Of a stretch of 64,000 nucleotides of DNA, positions 9,871 to 18,655 are shown in pieces. The DNA is taken from contig JBILLT010000003.1 of the NCBI GenBank assembly GCA_044375925.1, positions 6,988 to 70,987 of the forward strand. The letters run 5' to 3'. Made by a program: the position numbers and the translations under genes. Each line of letters starts with the position of its first letter. Position 1 is the first letter of the stretch. The notes beneath the pieces were generated by a model. That model did not search any database. It was not told the origin of the DNA and worked only from the letters and a program-made list of their open reading frames with translations. The stretch comes from Chthoniobacteraceae bacterium. GTDB taxonomy: Bacteria > Verrucomicrobiota > Verrucomicrobiia > Chthoniobacterales > Chthoniobacteraceae.

Positions 9871-11312
9871 CAAGCGCGCTCAATCGAACGGCGACGGTAC
9901 AAGAACTCGAACATGTTTCCCTCGTGCGGCTGATCCCATGAGATTTTCATCGTAGAGATCGGACCTAGATTGAGGCGCTCGATCAATGGCGAATCAAGCA
10001 ACTGAGAACGGAAATCAGGATTATCAGTGATTGCGGTGACAACAAGCGATGGTCCGATTTTATCAAGCATCTCCGCCTCGGGAACCTCCACGACACTCGC
10101 GTACGGGCACAAAAACTCGCGGTTGGCCAGAGGGTGATCAAAGGATTCACAGTGCACCACCGTCGCCCTCAGATAAGTTCCACCTTCAAACACCTCTCGC
10201 CTGGATCCCCCGCGGTACTTCTCGGTCACGTCGGTCGCCCCGGGCACCTTCAATCCCTCATCGATCGCTCCGTCGATGTAGTCTGCCATTTTTGGATTTG
10301 CGAATCCGGACAATCTCGCATCCGGACTATCTGCCGGCTGCGGACGCAAGGGCCCAAGCTTTTTGGCAAGTGCGTCGGCAATCTCTCTGCCGTGCCTGGG
10401 CACCACCACTGCAGACGCATTGATGCAGGAACGGCCTCCGTTGTCGGCTATCGAGGAAACCATGAGGTCGATGTACTGTTCCCAATGATCGACGCAATCG
10501 CTGCCTATCAAGATTTTCGAGAACCCGGGTCCGTGAACCGAGAACTTTGGATTATCCCGGTACTGCGCGACAGTGTTTGCATCACCGAAAATGAGCGCGC
10601 GGCCGCAAATCCGCATGACCTCTCCCGCGCCCTCGTGATCGGTTGGATAGAAACCGAACGCTTCGGGCGGCGCTCCCGCAGCGATGAACGCCTGGATCAG
10701 GCGATAAGGTGTCCACGGTTCTTCGCGACCCGGCTTGATGATCACAGGCGTTTTAAGCGCAACGGCGGGCAGCCACAACGAATTCACAGCGGGTGAATTG
10801 CTTGGCATCACCAAGCCGAGCGCCTGCGTGGTGGGATAATAACTAACCGCAGCCCCACTCTGCTCGCCATACCCGCGGTCGATCACTTCAAGAGGCAGTC
10901 CGCGCGTCAGACCGTTGAGGACGGTGTGCATGTTGGTAAGGGCGTGATGAATCTTGCCCATGTTCCGGCTGACCATCACGTGCGGCAAACCGCTGGTCCC
11001 AGCAAGGGTGGCGATGTATTGCGCCGCAGTCTGCGTGTGCCCCTTGTCTCCGAGCGGAAGCGTGCCGTTTAAAAACAGCTCTCCGGCTTTGGATGATATC
11101 TCGATCAACTGCGCGACAGAAAACTTCCGCAATGCGGCGCGAGCCTCGCCGATGCTTTTGAGATCCTTTTTGAGAATACCCGCGTTGACCTGACTCACCG
11201 TCGCAACGACGGCGCCGGTGCGATGATCAACGATGTCATTTTTATCGAGGCTTTCATACGGCTTCCCGCGGCGGATTGCAGGCAGATGAGGAACTGTGCT
11301 TGAAATGCTCAT
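9870..11312 (-). CDS. Aldehyde-dehydrogenase-superfamily protein, LuxC-like acyl-CoA/acyl-protein reductase candidate
   Basis: 480 aa after trimming to MSISSTVPHLP. NGGRSCINASAVVV fits a catalytic-Cys loop. Size and position directly after a LuxE-like gene match LuxC. The ATG overlaps the upstream stop (TAATG at 11312). Confidence 0.7.
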   Translation of the reverse strand: MSISSTVPHLPAIRRGKPYESLDKNDIVDHRTGAVVATVSQVNAGILKKDLKSIGEARAALRKFSVAQLIEISSKAGELFLNGTLPLGDKGHTQTAAQYIATLAGTSGLPHVMVSRNMGKIHHALTNMHTVLNGLTRGLPLEVIDRGYGEQSGAAVSYYPTTQALGLVMPSNSPAVNSLWLPAVALKTPVIIKPGREEPWTPYRLIQAFIAAGAPPEAFGFYPTDHEGAGEVMRICGRALIFGDANTVAQYRDNPKFSVHGPGFSKILIGSDCVDHWEQYIDLMVSSIADNGGRSCINASAVVVPRHGREIADALAKKLGPLRPQPADSPDARLSGFANPKMADYIDGAIDEGLKVPGATDVTEKYRGGSRREVFEGGTYLRATVVHCESFDHPLANREFLCPYASVVEVPEAEMLDKIGPSLVVTAITDNPDFRSQLLDSPLIERLNLGPISTMKISWDQPHEGNMFEFLYRRRSIERA

Positions 11313-12382
11313 TAATAGACTCCTTCCACAATTTTCTTTTCCATTGCTCCGAAAGGCCGCACCTCGGCAACTCCGTCCCATGCGTACTGGTTCCTAGGTT
11401 TTCGGCGGATGGCTTCGTCACGTTCCAAGAAGCGCGGCATGAAAAACTCCTTGGTCAGTGTTGTTAACTCGACTCTTCCCCAGGTGTCATAATCGACGGT
11501 TTTTGAGGTGTCAGCGGGGTTGACTACGCGAAGGATGGCCCTCGGCTGCGGGGCATAGTAGGTGATCGAGTACTGGTCTTCCGGTGTGCGCGGAACGGAG
11601 GCAGCCAACCCCATGAGAGTGTTGCCGTAGGTCGGATAAAAACCGATTCGATTCTCCAAAACCTCCTCCACGATAAATCTGACGTACTGCGGAAGCATTG
11701 TTGTGCCCCCACAAAAGACGCCCCTGATTCCAGCGTCCCATATGTCGACGCGCTCCGCGAGAGCCTCGAGCAGCTTTGGCGTGGTAAACAGACCGCTGAC
11801 CTTACGATGTTTGAGAATTGTCGCGGCCTGATCGACCACGTGCTCCATGTAGGCCTTGGCCTGGTCAAACTGCTTGTTTGAGATCAACCGCTTGACCCAA
11901 CGCGGATCCAGATCGATGAAGTAGCATGCCGATCCCCGGACATTTGCTAGATGCTCGATCGCCAACCGGAGTCTGCGCGGGCCAGTGGGACCCATCATTA
12001 ACCAGTAGTGATTCCGGGGGAAGTGCTCGTCACTGATCTTCTCGCTGAACTCGCTGTAATCCACCTTGTAGTCATCCCAACCGATGCGTTGTTTCGGCAT
12101 GCCCGTCGTGCCGCCCGTTTAAAAAATATAACACGGCCGCCCTGCAAACGCCTTGGGAACCCAAACCTCGGGTTGCAGATCCCTGAGCCACTCATCCTCG
12201 AAGTGCGGGAACTTATTAAGATCGGCGGTGGTTTTGATTTCGGCCTTTGGATCCCATCCCGCTTTCGCGGCCCAGTTCAGCCAAAACGGCGATCCCGTCT
12301 CGGGGCTAAAATGCCACTGGATGATGTCTCTCAGGTGCGAGTCGAGTTGAGACTGCGCTGCTTCGGGTGTTGTTGTGCTCAT
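11312..12382 (-). pseudogene. LuxE/PaaK-like acyl-adenylate-forming enzyme interrupted by an in-frame TAA (12119-12121); pseudogene or recoded gene
   Basis: Track ORFs 12119..12382 and 11312..12100 are in the same frame. The minus strand reads ...GRPCYIF-TAA-TGGTTGMPKQRIGW..., so the stop sits one codon before the [ST]GGTTGxPK adenylate-enzyme P-loop. Combined length is about 356 aa, which is LuxE-sized. Confidence 0.6.
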
Positions 12383-12439
12383 AATTTTAAGTGCCTTGAT
12401 TTGTGAAACTCAGTGATTCTCGAAAGTACGGGAGATGGC

Positions 12440-14131
12440 TCAGTGTGATGATGCGGCGTCTTCAGCGGGAGGCTTCGGCAGTAGAAAGCTGAGGAGAAGA
12501 CCAATCACAAAGACCGACGTTCCCACGATTCCAGCGGCGAAAGCCACCTTGTCGAAGGTCGAGTTCCCGGGAACCATCGGCGCCACGATGTTTGTCGTCA
12601 AAAAGGCCGCTGAAGTTCCAATCATGCGCCCTCCCACATTCGTGGCAAAAGACCCCCCCGTCCCACGCAGGTGCAACGGGAAAACTTTTGGGAGAAACTC
12701 TCCGAAATACGAGAACTGAGCGACGATCAGCAAACCGCAAACTGCAATGCCCCAGTTCAACGCCTGGCCACCAGAGGCGTACAATCCGAAGTAAGTCAGC
12801 GGGACTGCGACCAGGCCGGGCACCAAGAAAATGCGCAGCAGTGTCCCACGAGCCACCGCAAGTAAAACAAGTAAAGCGAGGGCGATTCGCCCGGCTAACC
12901 CGCCGACCTCCTGCCAGAGTTGGGCACTGTTCGCACGCGCCTTCACAGCGAGATCAAAAGGTTCCTGCTTCTCGCGGTTGTCGCCAAGCTGCTTTAGGAG
13001 CTTTTCCCTGTCCAAAACCGCTGTCTTTGCATCCGGATGACTCACGCAAAGCTGTTCTAGTTCGGCGCTCAGATCCTTGAACTCCATGTTGAGCTGGTCG
13101 GCTTTTGCCTTGTCTCCCGCCTTCATCGCGACCCGGAACGCGATTCTATTTTTGGCGCGCTTCGCCCCGAGCACGCGAAGCGCGGGGATTTTGTCGAAGG
13201 CCTCTTGAGCGCGGCTGTTGGTGCCGATCATTTCGATGTTGAGAGCCTTTGCCTCATCCTGAAGAGGCTTCAACCCTGCGCGCTGCTCCGACAATTCCGG
13301 TACGCCGGGGATCACACGAAGCGGCGTGAGTTGAAGGGCACCAAAAGCGGCGGCATAAGCGCAAGCCGATAGACCGGCAGTCACCAGCGTGGTGCGGCGG
13401 AGGTCAGGAGTGAACAGACCACTCAAACTCGGGCGAGTCATGCCTCCTGCAGCCTTCCGCTCCCGCCAAACTCGCGATTCGGGCACGAAAGGCAAAAGTA
13501 ACGCGATGGGGATGGCCGGCAGAAAGCCTGTCAGTAAGGTGTACCTCCACGAGGCGTGAACATTTAGAAAGTCAGGAACCGGGAGGCCCGGGAGGTCATT
13601 CGCATGCACCACGATCCACCCGTTTACGGCGGTCACAAGGATTCCACCGAGAGATGCGAAAGCCTGTGTGAACCCGAGCGCGAACTCACGCTGTTTGCGA
13701 TCATCAAACAATTCTGCCAGCCAAGTGATTGCGGCGATGAATTCGACGCAAACTCCCACGAATGTCAGGCTGCGGAAAAAGACAAACACCGGAAGCGAAG
13801 TTGCAAACGCGGCAGCGCATGGAGAGAAGGAGTACAGGAGAATACTCAGCACCATGATCCGCTTCCGGCCGAACTGGTCGATCAGCCATCCGCCCATCAG
13901 CCCGAAGACTCCTCCGCACAAAGCAGAAATCCAAAGCATCCGCCCAGTCCAATCCGTCACGAGGGGATTGTTCGGGGGCAAAGCGAGGAGCTCCGCGATT
14001 GCAGGGACACCCACCAAAGGAGTCATCAACAGCTCGTATGTATCGAACAAAAAACCGATGCTGGCAATGATGAGAACGAGCCAGCGGGTGCCGGGGGCAA
14101 TCGGACTAGTTGGGGTGGAGTTGCTGCTCAT
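12440..14131 (-). CDS. MFS transporter with a ~130-aa hydrophilic helical insertion
   Basis: GGWLIDQFGRKR (MFS motif A-like) and about 12 hydrophobic segments. A charged K/E/A-rich segment (aa ~276-408) lies between the predicted seventh and eighth hydrophobic segments. Confidence 0.8.
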   Translation of the reverse strand: MSSNSTPTSPIAPGTRWLVLIIASIGFLFDTYELLMTPLVGVPAIAELLALPPNNPLVTDWTGRMLWISALCGGVFGLMGGWLIDQFGRKRIMVLSILLYSFSPCAAAFATSLPVFVFFRSLTFVGVCVEFIAAITWLAELFDDRKQREFALGFTQAFASLGGILVTAVNGWIVVHANDLPGLPVPDFLNVHASWRYTLLTGFLPAIPIALLLPFVPESRVWRERKAAGGMTRPSLSGLFTPDLRRTTLVTAGLSACAYAAAFGALQLTPLRVIPGVPELSEQRAGLKPLQDEAKALNIEMIGTNSRAQEAFDKIPALRVLGAKRAKNRIAFRVAMKAGDKAKADQLNMEFKDLSAELEQLCVSHPDAKTAVLDREKLLKQLGDNREKQEPFDLAVKARANSAQLWQEVGGLAGRIALALLVLLAVARGTLLRIFLVPGLVAVPLTYFGLYASGGQALNWGIAVCGLLIVAQFSYFGEFLPKVFPLHLRGTGGSFATNVGGRMIGTSAAFLTTNIVAPMVPGNSTFDKVAFAAGIVGTSVFVIGLLLSFLLPKPPAEDAASSH

Positions 14132-14254
14132 GAATTTTTATTTGGGACAAGAAGACAAACTCGCCGTGGGGGAAGAGCCACGCAGTGAAAGTTCGTTTGA
14201 ACAACGCCGACAGAGAGCCCCCCTGCCCTGCGCGGGAGGCCCGACTGCAGACAG

Positions 14255-15847
14255 TTAGGGTTTTGCTGCAGCTTGAACGGGTGTTGCGCCGTCACCGACT
14301 ACAAACATGTGCGTCTGGGAGCAAATATACATCAGCCCGTTTGCCACGATCGGCGTTGAAAAAATCGGCGCACCTACGTTGCACTCGCTGATCACTTTTT
14401 TATCCGCGGAAGACGCGAGCACCACGAAGTCGCCGTCTTCGTCGCCGACATACACTTTTCCGTCGGCAACGAAGGTCGACCCCCACATGTGAGCCTGCAT
14501 GTCATGGACCCAGTGAAGTTTTCCGGTCTTTGAATCCAAGCAGTGCACGAAACCCGAGAAGTCTGCGATGAAAAGCAAACCGTTCTCCGGATCAATTGAC
14601 ACCGTCGAGATCGACCGCTTGATCCCCTTGTAGTCCCACACCAAGGCCGACGCCGTCACGTCGCCGGTCTTGCTGGGATCGATGCAGACCAGGCGTCCCA
14701 CGCCTTCGCCGTGCTCCGGATCCTGCCCGATTGCAACATAGACACGATCGTTGTAAAAAACAGGCGTCGCGTTGATTTCACTGGGCCCCTCGGCCGCAGG
14801 GTACTTGATCGCCTTTCCATTCTTGTCCTTCTTGTACTCGGGAGGAACACAATCAAACCACCAGACGCGCTTGATGAAGTTGGAGTCGCCGTCTTTCACT
14901 GGAGTGGTGTCAAGAGCGTAGAGAACACCATCCCCGCCGCCGAAGTAGACCTGCTTCTTGCCGTTGACCACTCCGATGGATGGCGATGTCCACTGGCCGT
15001 GCAGGATCTTGGGGCCGATACCGGCTTCGTCCTCGCCGATGAGTTCACCCGTGTTTTTGTTCAATGCGATGAACGAGGGCGACTGCGGGGATGGAATGTT
15101 GACATGCGTCCAGTCCTGACCGTTGGAGGTGCACACGAAAATGGCATCGCCATCAATGATCACAGAGCAGTTGGAGGCGTTATGGGGAAACACGCCCAAC
15201 TCATCCATCATGTCGTATCTCCAAAGAATGTCGGCATCGGTCGCGAGCACCTCGAGCTTCGGTTTGCCGGGGCCGGCCATATACTGTCCTTCGTCCATGA
15301 ATGGCCCCTGGTTGCCATTCGCCTGACCCTTTAAGTCAAGGCAGAGCACCTCGCATCGGCTGGTGACGATGTAAACGCGATCCCCCTCAACACACGGGCT
15401 GGCCAGGATGCCGAGGTACTCCCAGTCATTCACCTTTCCAGAAGCAAGCTTCGGCACGGTTAACTGCCACAAGAAACCGCCGTCGCTCTCCCGCAGCGCG
15501 TACAAAATCGATTTGTCGTCTTTAAAACGCGGATCTCTTGGGGACGCGTTGTTCGTCCCCACAAGCGCAACCCCCTTTGAGACCACCGGATTCCCGTACG
15601 ACTGTGAACCGAGCTTCGCGATCCACTTCACGTTCTTTGTCGTGGCGAGATCGATTTCCTCGGAGTTCGGCTTGAAGTTGCCGGGCTTGATCGAAACTGG
15701 AAGCCCCTTCACGGGCGAATACATGTTCCGCCCGGGATTGTCCCCTCCCCACTGCGGCCAGTCGGCAGCGGTGGAGATTTGAGAAGACGCAAGGAAACCC
15801 AGTGCAATGCCGCCGAGCGCGAGAGTGTGGTGAGGAACGTTTTTCAT
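14255..15847 (-). CDS. Secreted BamB/PQQ-like beta-propeller repeat protein
   Basis: Signal peptide MKNVPHHTLALGGIALGFLASSQISTAADWPQWGG. Repeats include VYIVTSRCEVLCLDLKG, VYFGGGDGVLYALD, FIADFSGFVHCLDSKTGKLHW and VYVGDEDGDFVVL. Confidence 0.8.
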   Translation of the reverse strand: MKNVPHHTLALGGIALGFLASSQISTAADWPQWGGDNPGRNMYSPVKGLPVSIKPGNFKPNSEEIDLATTKNVKWIAKLGSQSYGNPVVSKGVALVGTNNASPRDPRFKDDKSILYALRESDGGFLWQLTVPKLASGKVNDWEYLGILASPCVEGDRVYIVTSRCEVLCLDLKGQANGNQGPFMDEGQYMAGPGKPKLEVLATDADILWRYDMMDELGVFPHNASNCSVIIDGDAIFVCTSNGQDWTHVNIPSPQSPSFIALNKNTGELIGEDEAGIGPKILHGQWTSPSIGVVNGKKQVYFGGGDGVLYALDTTPVKDGDSNFIKRVWWFDCVPPEYKKDKNGKAIKYPAAEGPSEINATPVFYNDRVYVAIGQDPEHGEGVGRLVCIDPSKTGDVTASALVWDYKGIKRSISTVSIDPENGLLFIADFSGFVHCLDSKTGKLHWVHDMQAHMWGSTFVADGKVYVGDEDGDFVVLASSADKKVISECNVGAPIFSTPIVANGLMYICSQTHMFVVGDGATPVQAAAKP

Positions 15848-15917
15848 TGGTTGAATTTGGTGGGGATAGAATGCGAGGTTAGGCCTTGTGTTTGACGCCG
15901 AGTTTGGGAAGCGCGGG

Positions 15918-18383
15918 CTACGGCTTCAATGCCGCGTTCGGGGTGACTGTGATGTTATCAATCCACGCGCGCTGCTCCTGGGGGCTGAAAGAGTAGAACC
16001 CCGGCGCGCCCTTGGTATGCGCGGTCTTGTGAACAAACTCAACGGTCCATACATCAGGTTCCGGGTCGCTTTTTTTCCAAGCTTTTGCGCGGATCACCCC
16101 GGAGCCTTTTGAATCAACGTCCACGCGGCTCTTGATCGTGTACCATTCGTTGGGAGCCCACGGGAACCGAATTTTGTGCAGGAGCCTCTCTTGATTGGAG
16201 CTGATTTCGAGCTCCTGATAGTTGCCCTTCAAAACCACGAGGTATCGCTGGTTGATCATTCCGATCTCGCTCATCTTGCGCTTGTTACCCTCAGACAAAA
16301 CATCCATCGACACGGTGTAATCCTTCGAATCGGGATGACCAATGAAGATTTGCCCGCGCTGAAAAAGTTTATTGTCGATCGTCTTGCATAGCGCCTTGTT
16401 CTCTTCAGCACCCGGAGCTTTGCGCACATCAAAACGGAACCGCGCTGCATTCCACGCGAGTGGCGGGTAAGCAAACGCGGTGGGCGGTTCAAGCGTGTTC
16501 GGGACCGCCGGAACGGGCGGCTTATCCGTCATGAAACTGAGGTCGCTTTTTTCAAAATCAATCAAAAGCGGAATGTCCGGCAGGACCCTTGCGCGCATCG
16601 TGCCAGTGATCTCGCCCATGGATGCCTGATAAGCTCCGGCGCTCGCAACAGGTTCGGCGTCCGCGACGAGACGGCCCTGGGCATCGAATGCGCCGTTCAT
16701 CTTCGCCTTCACCAACGCTGTCGGGGGCACATAGGACTCAAACTTCAAACGGCTCGCATCGATATTCTCCTCGACAGTGAACCCACTCGCATCGAGCCCG
16801 CGGATCCTGACCTTTTGGGATGCGCCCGGCTTTAAAAGGATTTCCCCCGGGATGATTTGCAACTTTGCGAGCGGACCAGGCTTCACCGTCTCCCATCCGT
16901 CGGATGCATGGACAGATTCAGCGCTGGGGTTGTTGCCTTTTTTTCCGAAGCAATAGAGTTTGCGGTCCGTCTGAATGTAGAGCTTCCCGTTGAAAGCAAT
17001 CGGGGATCCGTAGCAGCGCCCCTCGAGTAAAGTGCGGGAAATGATTTCCCCATCGTTCGATCCGGGGTTGATCACGAAAAGTTCACCGTTTCCACCAGTG
17101 TCCGCGCCTGCTGCCGATTTCTCAGCCGATCCCGCGTCGGCGATGTACATCGCGACGTAGATGTGGCCGTCGCCGAAAAATGGCGAGCTTTGGCGCTGCT
17201 CTGCGGCAAGTTTTTTCTTCCACAACACTTTGCCCGTGCCCAAGTCAACCGCCGCGAGTTCCCCCGTGCCCGTGACCAGATACATCGTGTCGCGAACGAT
17301 GCACGGGGAGCTTGCAAGATTACCCAAGGGGTTTCTCCAAAGCTCCAAGTCTTTCGGATCGTAAACCTGAGGTTTTCCCGGCTCGGGCGCCTTGGATCCC
17401 ACTGGGAGTTTGAATGCGGCGGCACGACCCACCTCGCTTGAGTCAAGATTTTCGGACTCATGAATCACAAGCAGGCTCTCCTTGTAACGGTGGATCGCGG
17501 CGTTGATGCCGCCTTTCGCGCCCGCCTTCGCAGCGGGGAATCGGAAGATAGGATCCCCATTTCTCGCGTTGATTCCGACGACGGTGGAGTCGCCGCCCGC
17601 TGATATCAAAACTCGCTTTCCATCCAACCAAGTCAGCAGAGGCTGCGAGAATGTATTGTCCTGGGGACGCTCACCGGGCGAGCTGCTCCACACCAGTTCC
17701 CCGGTGCGCTTGTCGAACGCATAAAACCGGTCGCCGGCAGGGCCGTTCGCACCCCAGTTGGAAGTGATGCCTCGAGTGATGACCAACTCCCGGTCGATGC
17801 GAGGCGAAGCCGTCCGCGAATTCGGGAAAGTCAGACGGCCAAGCTCCTCCATCAACGAATGCTGCCAGATGAGTTTCCCGTCCTTCGAAAAACAGGAAAA
17901 CACACCCTGCGTGCACTGAACGTAAACATTCCCGGTCTCCGCATCTACCGCAGGACTTGAAGTCGAGTACCTCAGGTAGATGGTGTCACTCAGGAAATCA
18001 TTGAACCGATGCTGCCATAGCTGTTTTCCGGTCTCGGCATCAAAGCAGGTGATCGCCTCCTGCAAATCCTCCGCTTCCCCCAAATAACCGTTGATGTACA
18101 AGCGCCCTTCGTGGATGACCGGCGTGGACTGGCCGGGGAAATTTGCAGTCCAGAGCGCCGACTTTGCGTCAATTTTCGACGGCAGTCCCGTCTCGGTCGT
18201 TGTGCCGTTCTGGTAGGGCCCGCGCCACTCAAGCCACGCGGGAGCGCCGTTGTTCGCGGATTTAGGGGAGGCCGCCTTCTCGGCTCCCTGCCCGGGGGCG
18301 GGTTTCTTTTTTTCCGCGGCGAAAAGAGAAGCCCCGAGGAGCGCGACTGAAAGAAGTGAGATGAAGCGTGGATTCGATGGCAT
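15918..18383 (-). CDS. Large secreted protein: PQQ-like beta-propeller, a Big_2-like Ig domain and a C-terminal concanavalin/DUF1080-like domain
   Basis: Signal peptide MPSNPRFISLLSVALLGASLFA. Propeller repeats in the N-terminal ~480 aa. KLQIIPGEILLKPGASQKVRIRGLDASGF is Big_2-like. The last ~200 aa (…YTVSMDV…WYTIKSRVD…GAPGFYSFSPQEQRAWIDNITVTP) resemble DUF1080 / 3-keto-disaccharide hydrolase lectin folds. Confidence 0.8.
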   Translation of the reverse strand: MPSNPRFISLLSVALLGASLFAAEKKKPAPGQGAEKAASPKSANNGAPAWLEWRGPYQNGTTTETGLPSKIDAKSALWTANFPGQSTPVIHEGRLYINGYLGEAEDLQEAITCFDAETGKQLWQHRFNDFLSDTIYLRYSTSSPAVDAETGNVYVQCTQGVFSCFSKDGKLIWQHSLMEELGRLTFPNSRTASPRIDRELVITRGITSNWGANGPAGDRFYAFDKRTGELVWSSSPGERPQDNTFSQPLLTWLDGKRVLISAGGDSTVVGINARNGDPIFRFPAAKAGAKGGINAAIHRYKESLLVIHESENLDSSEVGRAAAFKLPVGSKAPEPGKPQVYDPKDLELWRNPLGNLASSPCIVRDTMYLVTGTGELAAVDLGTGKVLWKKKLAAEQRQSSPFFGDGHIYVAMYIADAGSAEKSAAGADTGGNGELFVINPGSNDGEIISRTLLEGRCYGSPIAFNGKLYIQTDRKLYCFGKKGNNPSAESVHASDGWETVKPGPLAKLQIIPGEILLKPGASQKVRIRGLDASGFTVEENIDASRLKFESYVPPTALVKAKMNGAFDAQGRLVADAEPVASAGAYQASMGEITGTMRARVLPDIPLLIDFEKSDLSFMTDKPPVPAVPNTLEPPTAFAYPPLAWNAARFRFDVRKAPGAEENKALCKTIDNKLFQRGQIFIGHPDSKDYTVSMDVLSEGNKRKMSEIGMINQRYLVVLKGNYQELEISSNQERLLHKIRFPWAPNEWYTIKSRVDVDSKGSGVIRAKAWKKSDPEPDVWTVEFVHKTAHTKGAPGFYSFSPQEQRAWIDNITVTPNAALKP

Positions 18384-18655
18384 GGCGGGAGGTTTTGCGT
18401 TTCGGGTGGGGAGAGTTTAAGGGGCGCGGAGGAGGGATCGGGACTGCGGGCAGGCAGAGTGCTTTCACCGGGAGTGATGCGGCGGGGCCGCGCGGAAATT
18501 AGTATGCACACAAACTATCTGCGGGCAGTCTTTTTCTTTGTTCCTTTTTTGCTTACCAACCCCTGCCTTCGGCCCTGCCCCGGCAGAAGCTGCCGTCACC
18601 CGGAATGAGTGCGCGGACAAGTCTCCATGCGCAGACTCAACCCACTGAAGACTAA

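Noticed and set aside
12098-12130. Programmed -1/+1 frameshift at the T-run (tat att ttt taa) in the LuxE-like gene
   Set aside because: The upstream and downstream parts are in the same frame, so no frameshift is needed or helpful. Only readthrough, mutation or sequencing error fit.
4267-18383. Calling the four propeller proteins PQQ-dependent dehydrogenases
   Set aside because: Only the generic blade repeat is visible. Their sizes (387-530 aa, or 821 aa with extra domains) and sequences lack quinoprotein dehydrogenase hallmarks that I can recognise, so they are kept as BamB/PQQ-like propellers of unknown function.
18581-18595. Hairpin cggcag-aag-ctgccg, considered as the terminator of the 200-aa gene
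   Set aside because: The stem is short, the loop is only 3 nt, and no U-tract follows on the relevant (minus) strand. The evidence is insufficient.
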